A DNA stretch of 28,984 nucleotides from a bacterium (GCA_044869275.1 JBIOXB010000098.1:1-28984), one strand, 5' to 3'. Counted from the stretch's first letter, positions 9,599-18,300 are shown. Notes: generated by a model not told the origin, from the sequence alone. Program-made: numbers and translations.

Positions 9599-9713
9599 AC
9601 GTGAGATGTCAGACGTGAGACGATAGACGTCAGACGGAAGACTTAAGAGAATTGCAGACGAAACGTTTAAACTCCGTTTCACGTCTATCGTCTCACGTCT
9701 ATCGTCTATCGTT
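9598..9713. repeat. GACGTGA heptamer array followed by its inverted array (hairpin)
   Basis: Direct units 9598-9646 (GACGTGA GATGTCA GACGTGA GACGATA GACGTCA GACGGAA GACTTAA); inverted units 9672-9713 (CTCCGTT TCACGTC TATCGTC TCACGTC TATCGTC TATCGTT). Confidence 0.85.
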
Positions 9714-9766
9714 CCAACTTTCCCGCTTGACATTCTGCATTTCTTTATTATTTTTGCCTCTGACTT

Positions 9767-9795
9767 TTGCGAATCGCACGCAGTGCTGCTATAAT
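9767..9795 (+). promoter_or_regulatory. Sigma70 promoter of the act/cox operon
   Basis: TTGCGA (9767-9772), 17-nt spacer, extended -10 TGCTATAAT (9787-9795). A second candidate, TTGACA at 9727 with TATTTT at 9749, lies upstream. Confidence 0.65.
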
Positions 9796-9870
9796 TTCAG
9801 TCGTCTTCTTTTTTCGCTTGGCTGTTTTTCCGCGCAATTCTGAGGAAATGCCCCTCGCCCGGACAAGCCG

Positions 9871-9938
9871 GAAACGAAAAACTCAAAAACACAAAGCACA
9901 AAGGTGTATTGAATTTTGAGCTTTGGATTTTGGATTTC
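9871..9938. repeat. A-rich/T-rich ~7-nt-period imperfect inverted repeat in the actA leader
   Basis: GAAACGAAAAACTCAAAAACACAAAGCACAAA ... TTTTGAG CTTTGGA TTTTGGA TTTC. Confidence 0.5.
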
Positions 9939-9986
9939 CTTGCTCAAAAAGCACAGATTGCACTAGCAATGGAATAACTGGATCGC

Positions 9987-10637
9987 TTGGCTCAGATTTT
10001 TCATCCCAGCACCAACACCTTCTCCAAAGTCAGCATCTTCGGCGCGATTTTCTTCGTGGGCGCAGGTTTGTGGATTCTCGCCGTGATCGAGCGCTCGCCG
10101 TTCGTCACTCGTGCACAGGTGGCGCTCGAACAGCCCGTGCCCTTCAGTCATCGCCATCATGTGACGCAGCTTGGCATTGACTGCCGCTACTGCCACACTT
10201 CGGTGGAGAACAGCAGTTTCGCCGGCCTCCCGCCCACCGAAACCTGCATGACGTGCCATTCACAAATTCATGCCACCAGTCCGATGCTGGAGCCGGTGCG
10301 CGCGAGCTATCGCGACAATCAATCGATCGCATGGATTCGCGTGCACGATCTGCCCGATTATGTTTATTTCAATCACAGCATTCATTTGAAAAAAGGCATC
10401 GCCTGCGTGACCTGCCACGGCCCGGTGGGCGAGATGGCTTTGACCTGGCGTGAAAATTCATTGAATATGGAATGGTGCTTGGCCTGCCATCGCGCGCCGG
10501 AAAAGTTCGTGGGCCCGCGCGAGCAGGTTTTCAGCATGAGGCCGCTGGCCAAGGGCGAGCAGGCCGTACGCGGCCGCGAATTGGTGCAGGAATATAAAAT
10601 CCAGAAACTCACCAACTGCTCGATTTGCCATCGATGA
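9987..10637 (+). CDS. actA: Alternative complex III pentaheme cytochrome c subunit
   Basis: TTG start MAQIF, N-terminal TM helix, QPVPFSH, five CxxCH motifs (CRYCH, CMTCH, CVTCH, CLACH, CSICH). Confidence 0.93.
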   Translation: MAQIFHPSTNTFSKVSIFGAIFFVGAGLWILAVIERSPFVTRAQVALEQPVPFSHRHHVTQLGIDCRYCHTSVENSSFAGLPPTETCMTCHSQIHATSPMLEPVRASYRDNQSIAWIRVHDLPDYVYFNHSIHLKKGIACVTCHGPVGEMALTWRENSLNMEWCLACHRAPEKFVGPREQVFSMRPLAKGEQAVRGRELVQEYKIQKLTNCSICHR

Positions 10638-13600
10638 AAATTAACGGCGAGGGAACCAACATAGATCTGGCGCAACTGCGGGCGCGATTGCAAGCAGCGC
10701 GCGGCCCGCAATATTGGCGTTGCTTGGAAGAACTGGCGGAGAGCGCAGCCTTTGGCAAACTATTGCACGACGAGTTCCCCCAGCACGAACAGGTGTGGGA
10801 AAACACACTCGATCGCCGCGACTTTTTGCGCCTGATGAGCGCTTCGCTCGCGCTCGCAGGATTGAATGCCTGCACCAAACAGCCGCAGGAAAAAATCCTC
10901 CCCTACGTGCGCCAGCCGGAAAACGTCATTCCCGGACGGCCGCTGTTTTATGCCAGCGCGGTGCTGCGCCAGGGTTATGCCAATGGCGTATTGGTGGAAA
11001 ATCACATGGGCCGGCCCACGAAGATCGAGGGCAATCCGCAGCATCCCGCCAGCCGCGGTGCCACGGATGTTTTTGGCCAGGCCGAAGTCCTGACGCTTTA
11101 CGATCCCGATCGCTCGCAGGTGGTGCGCCACTTGGGCCGCATCAGCACGTGGGAAATGTTTATTTCCGCGATCACGGCCGAACTGGAAGCACAGCGCTTG
11201 AAAAATGGCGCGGGCTTGCGGGTGCTCACCGAAACCATTACCTCGCCCACGGTCGCAGCGCAATTGCAGGCCTTGCTTGCGGCTTTCCCCGGTGCCCAGT
11301 GGCATCAATATGAGCCTGTGAATCGCGACGCCGCACGCGCGGGCGCGCAGATGGCTTTCGGCCAGTTTGTAGAAACGCACTACCGGCTGGCCACTGCCGA
11401 GGTCATTCTTGCGCTCGATGGCGATTTCTTCACCGACATGCCCGGCAGTTTAAGCTACGCGCGCGAGTTTGCCGGCCGCCGCCGCGTGGTGGACGGCGCT
11501 GCGATGAACCGCCTCTATGTTGTTGAAAGCAGCCCGGGGCTTGCCGGAACGATGGCCGATCATCGCCTGGTCATGCGCGCCAGCGATGTCGAGAGCTTTG
11601 CGTTGTTGCTCGCCTCTGAACTTGGTGTGATTGAAGATAGAAGATCGAAGATCGAGGATCGCAATCCTCGATCTTCGATCCTCGATCTTCATGCGAAATG
11701 GATCAAGGCCGTTGCCGAAGACCTGAAACGGCACCGCGGCGCCTGCGCCATCATTCCCGGTGAGCGGCAAACGCCATTGCTGCACGCGCTGGCGCATGCG
11801 ATGAATCACGCCCTCGGCAATGCGGGCAGAACCGTCATCCACACCGAATCCGTGACGGCGCACCCGGCCCTTCAAATTGATTCCCTGCGTGCGCTGGCCG
11901 CGGACATGGAAGCCGGCAAAGTTGACTTGTTGCTGATGCTGGGCGGTAACCCGGTGTTCAATGCGCCCGCCGATATGCAATTCGAGCGCAAGCTCGATAA
12001 AGTGAAGTTGCGCGTCCATCTCAGCCTGTACGATGATGAAACCTCGGCGCTCAGTCATTGGCACCTCCCGGAAGCGCATGTGTTGGAATCGTGGGGCGAC
12101 GCGCGCGCGTTTGAGGGCACGGCTGCTATCATGCAACCATTGATTGCGCCCTTGTACGCCGGCAGATCTTCACAAGAAGTGCTGGCCGTTCTCACCGGAC
12201 AAACCGGCCAAAGCAGCCACGATCTCGTGCGCAATCATTGGAAGAGTCAAACTTCCGCTGCCGACTTCGAGAAGTTTTGGCAAACCTCCTTGCATGAGGG
12301 CGTGATTGCGGGGACGGCGTTGCCGGTGAAGGAATTGAGGATAGAAGCTCGAGGGTTGAAGATAGAGGGCCGCGATCCTCAATCATCGATCCTCAATCCT
12401 CAATCTTCGACTCCCGATCCACAATCCGTTGAACTCATTTTCCGCCCCGATCCCACCATCGGTGACGGCCGCTATGCCAATAACGGCTGGCTGCAAGAAT
12501 TGCCCAAGCCTTTGTCGAAGCTCACGTGGGACAACGCCGCACTGGTGAGTCCTGCGCTCGCAGAGAAGCTCGGGCTGAGCAACGGAGACGTCGTTGAACT
12601 AAAATTCGATGGGCGAGCAGTGCACGCGCCGGTTTGGCTCGCGCCGGGCCACCCGAAAGAAAGCGTAACGCTCCATTTTGGTTATGGCCGCAGCCGCGTG
12701 GGCAAAGTCGGCGAGGGCGTGGGCGTGAATGCGTATGTGTTGCGCACTTCCCAGGCATTTTGGCATGGCACCGGCGTCGAGATTCGCAAAACCGGCGAAC
12801 GTTATTCGCTCGCCACGACGCAAATGCATCATAGCATGGAAAACCGCCATCTCGTGCGCGCGGGCACGCTCAAACAATACCAAGAACATCCCGAGTTTGT
12901 GCATGATATGGGACACGAGTTTCCACGCGAGTTGACGCTTTATCCCGAGCATAAATACGAGGGCTACGCCTGGGGCATGGTGATTGACCTGAACGCATGC
13001 ATTGGCTGTAATGCGTGTACCATTGCCTGCCAATCGGAAAACAACATCGCCGTGGTCGGCAAGGATCAGGTCGAGAACGGCCGGGAGATGCACTGGATTC
13101 GCCTGGATCGCTACTATGAAGGCGACCTCGATGATCCCGCCGTCTATCATCAGCCCGTGCCGTGCATGCACTGCGAAAATGCGCCGTGCGAGCCGGTGTG
13201 TCCGGTCGGAGCGACCGTGCACAGTGATGAAGGTTTGAATGACATGGTGTATAATCGCTGCGTGGGCACGCGCTATTGCGCCAACAATTGCCCGTACAAG
13301 GTGCGTCGCTTCAATTTCCTTTTATATTCGGACTTTGAAACCGAAAATTTGAAGCTGCTGCGCAATCCCGATGTCACCGTGCGCTCGCGCGGTGTAATGG
13401 AAAAGTGCACGTATTGTGTGCAGCGCATCAATACCGCGCGCATCGAGGCCAAAAACGAAGATCGCCAGATTCGTGATGGCGAGATCGTCACCGCGTGTCA
13501 GCAAGTTTGCCCGGCCCAGGCCATTGCCTTTGGTGACGTCAACGACCCCCACAGCCGGGTGTCGCAATTGAAAGCCCACAAGCTGAATTACGGCTTGCTT

Positions 13601-13690
13601 ACGGATTTGAACACGCGCCCGCGCACGACGTATTTGGCGCGCTTGCGCAATCCGAATCCGAAAATGGAGACGGATAAAGAGCACGCTTAA
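10634..13690 (+). CDS. actB: Alternative complex III subunit B (Tat-exported molybdopterin-oxidoreductase-like + Fe-S domain)
   Basis: ATGA overlap with actA; YWRCLEEL, Tat motif DRRDFLRLM, GRPTKIEGNP; Cys clusters CIGCNACTIAC, CMHCENAPCEPVCP, CVGTRYCANNCPY, EKCTYC, CQQVCP. Confidence 0.95.
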   Translation: MKINGEGTNIDLAQLRARLQAARGPQYWRCLEELAESAAFGKLLHDEFPQHEQVWENTLDRRDFLRLMSASLALAGLNACTKQPQEKILPYVRQPENVIPGRPLFYASAVLRQGYANGVLVENHMGRPTKIEGNPQHPASRGATDVFGQAEVLTLYDPDRSQVVRHLGRISTWEMFISAITAELEAQRLKNGAGLRVLTETITSPTVAAQLQALLAAFPGAQWHQYEPVNRDAARAGAQMAFGQFVETHYRLATAEVILALDGDFFTDMPGSLSYAREFAGRRRVVDGAAMNRLYVVESSPGLAGTMADHRLVMRASDVESFALLLASELGVIEDRRSKIEDRNPRSSILDLHAKWIKAVAEDLKRHRGACAIIPGERQTPLLHALAHAMNHALGNAGRTVIHTESVTAHPALQIDSLRALAADMEAGKVDLLLMLGGNPVFNAPADMQFERKLDKVKLRVHLSLYDDETSALSHWHLPEAHVLESWGDARAFEGTAAIMQPLIAPLYAGRSSQEVLAVLTGQTGQSSHDLVRNHWKSQTSAADFEKFWQTSLHEGVIAGTALPVKELRIEARGLKIEGRDPQSSILNPQSSTPDPQSVELIFRPDPTIGDGRYANNGWLQELPKPLSKLTWDNAALVSPALAEKLGLSNGDVVELKFDGRAVHAPVWLAPGHPKESVTLHFGYGRSRVGKVGEGVGVNAYVLRTSQAFWHGTGVEIRKTGERYSLATTQMHHSMENRHLVRAGTLKQYQEHPEFVHDMGHEFPRELTLYPEHKYEGYAWGMVIDLNACIGCNACTIACQSENNIAVVGKDQVENGREMHWIRLDRYYEGDLDDPAVYHQPVPCMHCENAPCEPVCPVGATVHSDEGLNDMVYNRCVGTRYCANNCPYKVRRFNFLLYSDFETENLKLLRNPDVTVRSRGVMEKCTYCVQRINTARIEAKNEDRQIRDGEIVTACQQVCPAQAIAFGDVNDPHSRVSQLKAHKLNYGLLTDLNTRPRTTYLARLRNPNPKMETDKEHA
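11632..11691. repeat. In-frame 60-nt GAGGATC-family heptamer hairpin inside actB
   Basis: 28-nt arms, 26/28 complementary, loop CGCA; encodes IEDRRSKIEDRNPRSSILDL. Confidence 0.9.
12337..12427. repeat. Second in-frame GAGGATC-family hairpin inside actB (degenerate)
   Basis: 5 forward units 12337-12371 and 7 inverse units 12374-12422; encodes RIEARGLKIEGRDPQSSILNPQSSTPDPQS. Confidence 0.85.
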
Positions 13691-13695
13691 GCGGA

Positions 13696-13761
13696 GTTTG
13701 TAGTGGTGCCTTCAGGCACTCAACGCTCGAACGCCATGCCCCTAAAGGGGCTACCACAAAC
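13696..13761. repeat. GTAG-type REP doublet between actB and actC
   Basis: GTTTGTAGTGGTGCCTTCAGGCAC ... GCCCCTAAAGGGGCTACCACAAAC; each half has its own small palindrome and the halves are inverted. Confidence 0.65.
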
Positions 13762-13774
13762 ATGAGAATATTTC

Positions 13775-15196
13775 ATGGCGGATTTTGAGGCAAAGACCAA
13801 GAGTTCAGCGATAGACACGCGTCACGAAGTGCCGCATCACGTTCGCGTGTTGACGGAAGAGCCGATCATCGAGCAGGGCCACACTTACGCGTCGATCACG
13901 GACAAGATCAGCTCGATCGTGCTGACGCGCAAGACGCCCAAGGGCTGGTTCATCGGTTTCGGTATCGCCTTTGCCGTCACCATGATGCTGTTTTATGCTC
14001 TCGGCTACTTGTTGATCAAAGGCACTGGGATTTGGGGCATCAATAATCCCGTGGGCTGGGGCTTTGCCATCATTAACCTGGTGTGGTGGATTGGCATCGG
14101 TCACGCGGGTACGCTCATCTCCGCGATCTTGTTGCTGATGCGCCAGGAATGGCGAACTTCGATCAACCGTTTTGCAGAAGCAATGACGCTGTTCGCCGTT
14201 GCGTGCGCGGGAATCTTTCCGCTCGTGCATGTGGGACGGCCGTGGCTGGCTTATTGGCTGCTGCCCTATCCCAACACCATGGCCTTGTGGCCGCAAACAC
14301 GCAGCCCGCTGGTATGGGATGTCTTTGCGATTTCAACCTATGCGACGGTTTCGTTTCTTTTTTGGTACACCGGTTTGGTTCCAGATTTTGCCACACTGCG
14401 CGATCGCGCCAAGAATCCGTGGTTGCAGAGGCTCTACGGCATTTTGGCTATGGGCTGGCGCGGATCTGCCATGCATTGGCATCGTTACGAAGTCGCATAT
14501 TTGCTGCTCGCCGGATTGGCCACGCCGCTCGTGCTTTCCGTGCACACCGTGGTGAGCCTCGACTTCGCCATCGGCATCATCCCGGGCTGGCACGCTACGA
14601 TCTTCCCGCCTTACTTCGTCGCGGGCGCGATTTACGCGGGTTTTGCCATGGTCTTGATTCTGGCGATTCCGCTGCGCAAGTTTTACGGCCTGGAAGATTT
14701 CATCACCATGCGGCACTTGCGCAACATGGCCAAAGTCATGCTCGCCACTGGGTTGATCGTGGTGTATGGCTACGCGATGGAAGCATTTATGGCCTGGTAC
14801 AGCGGAAATCCCTACGAACAATTCATGATTCTGAATCGCATGACCGGCCCGTACGCCTTTTGGTATTGGCTGTTGATTTTTTGCAACGCCGTCGCGCCGC
14901 AGGCGCTGTGGTTCGAAAAAGTGCAAAACAGCGTCGCCGGGCTTTTCGTGATTGCCATCATCGTCAGCATTGGCATGTGGCTCGAACGCTTCATCATCGT
15001 GGTCACCAGCCTGCATCGCGATTTCATGCCCTCTGCTTGGGGTATGTATTATCCCACCGCGTGGGATTGGGCGACTTACCTCGGCACTATCGGTTTGTTT
15101 TTCGCGCTGATTTTTCTTTTCGTACGCGTCATGCCCGCAATCTCGATTTTCGAAATGCGCACCTTGGTGGCGCCAGAGGAGAAAGAGCGAAAATGA
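13775..15196 (+). CDS. actC: Alternative complex III quinol-oxidising membrane subunit (NrfD/PsrC family)
   Basis: WGFAIINLVWWIGIGHAGTLISAIL, WRTSINRFAEAMT, SPLVWDVFAISTY, LVLSVHTVVSLDF. Confidence 0.95.
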   Translation: MADFEAKTKSSAIDTRHEVPHHVRVLTEEPIIEQGHTYASITDKISSIVLTRKTPKGWFIGFGIAFAVTMMLFYALGYLLIKGTGIWGINNPVGWGFAIINLVWWIGIGHAGTLISAILLLMRQEWRTSINRFAEAMTLFAVACAGIFPLVHVGRPWLAYWLLPYPNTMALWPQTRSPLVWDVFAISTYATVSFLFWYTGLVPDFATLRDRAKNPWLQRLYGILAMGWRGSAMHWHRYEVAYLLLAGLATPLVLSVHTVVSLDFAIGIIPGWHATIFPPYFVAGAIYAGFAMVLILAIPLRKFYGLEDFITMRHLRNMAKVMLATGLIVVYGYAMEAFMAWYSGNPYEQFMILNRMTGPYAFWYWLLIFCNAVAPQALWFEKVQNSVAGLFVIAIIVSIGMWLERFIIVVTSLHRDFMPSAWGMYYPTAWDWATYLGTIGLFFALIFLFVRVMPAISIFEMRTLVAPEEKERK

Positions 15197-15212
15197 GGAA
15201 AATGGAAAATCT

Positions 15213-15327
15213 GAAGATAGAAGATCGAGGATAGAGGATTGAGGATTGCAAAAAAAATGGAAGCATGGCTTTTGCTATCTTCGATTCTCGATCCTCAATT
15301 CTCGACTTTCGGATACCTTCGATCTTC
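15213..15327. repeat. GAGGATC-family heptamer hairpin, actC-actD intergenic
   Basis: 5 forward units 15213-15247 plus GCAAAA; TTTTGC plus 5 inverse units 15276-15310; an extra GATCTTC at 15321. Confidence 0.85.
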
Positions 15328-15339
15328 GTAGAATAAAGT

Positions 15340-15885
15340 ATGACAATGAAAAACGAATCCACACTCCACGGCCTCATGGCCGAGTTCGAGCGTCCTCAAG
15401 ATCTGCTGGCGGCCACGCGCACGGCGCGTGAAGCCGGCTATCGCGCAATCGATGCCTATTCGCCTTTTCCGGTCGAGGGCCTGGCGGAGCTGCTCCACAC
15501 GCACAAAAACCGCCTGCCCAAACTGGTGTTGGTCGGTGGCGGCGTGGGTGCAGTTGTGGGTTTTGCTTTTCAATATTACGCCGCCGTCATCGATTACCCC
15601 CTCAACATCGGCGGCCGGCCGTTCAATAGCTGGCCCTCGTTCATTCCGATCACTTTCGAAGTCACGATTTTGATCGCCGCCTTCGTGGCGGTGCTCGGTA
15701 TGTTCGCGCTGAACGGCCTGCCCCAGCCCTATCACCCGGTATTCAATGTCGATCGCTTTAGCCGCGCCAGCCGGGACCGTTTCTTCTTGTGTATCGAGAC
15801 CAAAGACTCCAAGTTTGATCTGATGCACACGAAAAAGTTTTTGGAAGGCTTGAAGCCATTGGGGGTGTATGAGGTGGAGCCGTGA
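15340..15885 (+). CDS. actD: Alternative complex III subunit D (DUF3341)
   Basis: GLMAEF, DAYSPFPVEGL, YPLNIGGRP, FIPITFE, LPQPYHPVF, DRFFLCIE. Confidence 0.93.
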   Translation: MTMKNESTLHGLMAEFERPQDLLAATRTAREAGYRAIDAYSPFPVEGLAELLHTHKNRLPKLVLVGGGVGAVVGFAFQYYAAVIDYPLNIGGRPFNSWPSFIPITFEVTILIAAFVAVLGMFALNGLPQPYHPVFNVDRFSRASRDRFFLCIETKDSKFDLMHTKKFLEGLKPLGVYEVEP

Positions 15886-15944
15886 GGATCAGATAGATGG
15901 TCGAGGATCGAAGATAGAAGATCGAGGATGGATGATGGAGGGTG
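15884..15944. repeat. Forward GAGGATC heptamer array (left arm around four-helix gene 2)
   Basis: GAGGATC .. GATGGTC GAGGATC GAAGATA GAAGATC GAGGATG GATGATG GAGGGTG. Confidence 0.85.
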
Positions 15945-15980
15945 GAGATTTTAATTCGATGTCATAATGGGAGGTGGTTT

Positions 15981-16370
15981 ATGGCTATTATTAAGAGTTT
16001 TCGGGAACTGGAGGTCTATCAACTTGGATTGCGGGAATCAAAGAAGATCTTCCTGGTGACCCGGGGATTTCCAAAAGAAGAGAAATATGCGATGACCGAT
16101 CAAATCCGCCGTTCCTCGCGTGCGGTTAATGCTTTACTGGCCGAAAGTTGGGCGAGAAGATTATATCTGGCGGCTTTTGTCAACAAAATTGACGAAGCGC
16201 TGGGAGAAGCGATGGAAACTCAAGCTTGGTTGGATCACGCCCTCAACTGCGAGTATATCAATCCTGTTCAACACAAGGAGTTGGATGATACTTGGCAGCA
16301 TATCGGCGCCATGCTGAATCGCATGATCCAAGAGGCTGACAAATTCTGCAAACCCATTTCCACAAAATAA
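15981..16370 (+). CDS. Four helix bundle protein (IVP family), inserted between actD and actE
   Basis: GGAGGT RBS before ATG 15981; SFRELEVYQ...FPKEEKYAMTDQIRRSSRAVNALLAESW...EAMETQAWLD signature. Confidence 0.92.
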   Translation: MAIIKSFRELEVYQLGLRESKKIFLVTRGFPKEEKYAMTDQIRRSSRAVNALLAESWARRLYLAAFVNKIDEALGEAMETQAWLDHALNCEYINPVQHKELDDTWQHIGAMLNRMIQEADKFCKPISTK

Positions 16371-16378
16371 CTTTTTCA

Positions 16379-17011
16379 ATGCACTGTTCGACTTCAAAAA
16401 ACTTATCATCTATCTTCGATCATCGATCCTCAATCTTCCATCTTCAATCATCGATGCTCGTCGTACTCGCGTGCTGCCTGCTCGCAACCGCCTGCCGCCA
16501 GGATATGCACGACCAGCCGCGTTACGAGCCGCTGGAGCAGGGCAAGTTTTTCGCCGACCAGCGGGCCTCGCGGCCAATGGTCGAAGGCACGGTGGCGCGT
16601 GGGCAGCTGCAAGTGGACGAACATCTTTATACCGGCAAAATCAACGGCGCAGCAGCGACGATTTTTCCGATGCCGGTCACGAAGGAAGTTTTGTTGCGCG
16701 GGCAGGAACGCTACACTATTTTCTGCTCGCCCTGCCACAGCCGCGTCGGCGACGGCAAGGGCATGATCGTGCAGCGCGGCTTTCGCCCGCCGCAGTCGTT
16801 TCACATTCCACGATTGCGCGAAGCAGCGCCGGGATATTTCTTCGACGTGATCACCAATGGTTTCGGTGCGATGTACAGCTATGCTTCCCGCGTTTCGGTT
16901 CAAGATCGCTGGGCGATTGCGGCCTACATTCGCGCTTTGCAGTTGAGCCAGAACGCCTCGTTGGAGGACGTGCCCGCGGAGGAACGCCGGCGCCTGCTTG
17001 AAGCAAAATAA
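16379..17011 (+). CDS. actE: Alternative complex III monoheme cytochrome c lipoprotein
   Basis: Lipobox-like LATAC followed by RQDMHDQPRYEPL, GTVARG, CSPCH, MYSYA, DRWAIAAYIRALQ. Start uncertain (16379 or 16454). Confidence 0.9.
   Translation: MHCSTSKNLSSIFDHRSSIFHLQSSMLVVLACCLLATACRQDMHDQPRYEPLEQGKFFADQRASRPMVEGTVARGQLQVDEHLYTGKINGAAATIFPMPVTKEVLLRGQERYTIFCSPCHSRVGDGKGMIVQRGFRPPQSFHIPRLREAAPGYFFDVITNGFGAMYSYASRVSVQDRWAIAAYIRALQLSQNASLEDVPAEERRRLLEAK
16404..16459. repeat. Inverse GATCCTC heptamer array (right arm), inside the 5' end of actE
   Basis: TATCATC TATCTTC GATCATC GATCCTC AATCTTC CATCTTC AATCATC GATGCTC. Confidence 0.85.
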
Positions 17012-17124
17012 ATGCTTCTGGCTGTTCCGCCCCGGCGCGGGCCGCTGGGCCGGCAAAGTCGCAAGATACTCCCGCCTTGCCCCATGCAGGGCAGGATCGC
17101 AAATCAATGCAATAGAGCAAACCA

Positions 17125-18300
17125 ATGGCTGAGTCCAACGACATAAAAACGCAATTGCAGCGACTGCAAAAACAAGCTTTCCTGACGGGTTTGGTGGCGC
17201 TTGCGGCTTGCGCTTTCGGCGCCACCCTGAGCGTGGAACAGTTCTTCCGTTCCTATCTCTTCGGCTTTCTCTTCTGGTTCGGCATTTCGGTGGGCTGCCT
17301 CGCGCTGGTCATGTTGCATCATTTGGTGGCCGGCGGCTGGGGCTTTGTCATTCAACGCTCGCTGGAGGCCGGGACCCGCACCTTGCCGCTGATGCTGGCG
17401 CTTTTTTTGCCCGTGTTTTTCGGCATGTCCGAGCTTTATCTCTGGGCGCGGCCCGAAGTGGTGCAGGCGGACAAAATCCTTCAGCACCAGAGCCTGTATT
17501 TGAACGTGCCGTTCTTTTGGCTGCGCGTATGCGGTTACTTTGCCCTGTGGCTGCTTTTCACTTATTTATTGAATCGCTGGTCGGGCCGGCAGGATCAAAC
17601 TGCTGATCCGTCGCTGACCGAGCGCCTCGAAAGGATCAGCGGGCCGGGTTTGGTCGTATTTGTATTGACTTCCACGTTCGCCGCGATCGATTGGGTGATG
17701 TCGCTCGACCCGCATTGGTTCTCGACCATCTATGGTATTTTGTTCCTCGTTGGGCAGGGGCTCTCCACCTTGGCGTTTGCGATCTTGGTCCTGGCTATGC
17801 TGGCCAAGTATAAACCGATTTCGGAAGTCATTTCGCCCCGTCAATTTCATGATCTCGGCACGCTGATGTTCGCCTTCGTCATGTTGTGGGCGTATGTGTC
17901 TTTTTCACAATTCTTGATTATTTGGTCCGGCAATTTGCCTGAAGAAATTCCCTGGTACGTCCACCGTTTGCACGGCGGTTACGGCGTATTTGCCGTTACT
18001 TTGCTGGTGTTTCACTTTGGCGTGCCGTTTTTCTTGCTGCTCCTGCGCCGCATGAAACGCAAAGCCGAGGTGCTCTCAAAAATCGCCGCGTTCATGATCG
18101 TGATGCGCCTGGTCGATTTGTTCTGGGTGGTCGCGCCGAATTTTCATCCCGAAAAGCTGCACCTCCATTGGATGGATGTGCTGGCGCCGCTCGGCATAGG
18201 CGGCCTCTGGCTGGCCTTCTTCTTTTGGCAATTGCAAAGCCGCGCCTTGCTGCCGCTGCACGACCCGCGTTTGCAGGAAGCGTTTCAATATAAGCATTGA
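17125..18300 (+). CDS. actF: Alternative complex III membrane subunit F
   Basis: Polytopic; YLNVPFF, DWVMSLDPHWFSTIYG, HDLGTLMFAFVMLWAYVSFSQFLIIWSGNLPEE. Confidence 0.92.
   Translation: MAESNDIKTQLQRLQKQAFLTGLVALAACAFGATLSVEQFFRSYLFGFLFWFGISVGCLALVMLHHLVAGGWGFVIQRSLEAGTRTLPLMLALFLPVFFGMSELYLWARPEVVQADKILQHQSLYLNVPFFWLRVCGYFALWLLFTYLLNRWSGRQDQTADPSLTERLERISGPGLVVFVLTSTFAAIDWVMSLDPHWFSTIYGILFLVGQGLSTLAFAILVLAMLAKYKPISEVISPRQFHDLGTLMFAFVMLWAYVSFSQFLIIWSGNLPEEIPWYVHRLHGGYGVFAVTLLVFHFGVPFFLLLLRRMKRKAEVLSKIAAFMIVMRLVDLFWVVAPNFHPEKLHLHWMDVLAPLGIGGLWLAFFFWQLQSRALLPLHDPRLQEAFQYKH

Noticed and set aside
14083..15234. 383-aa alternative-frame ORF overlapping actC
   Set aside because: Arg/His-rich shadow ORF typical of GC-rich coding DNA; actC has all family motifs.
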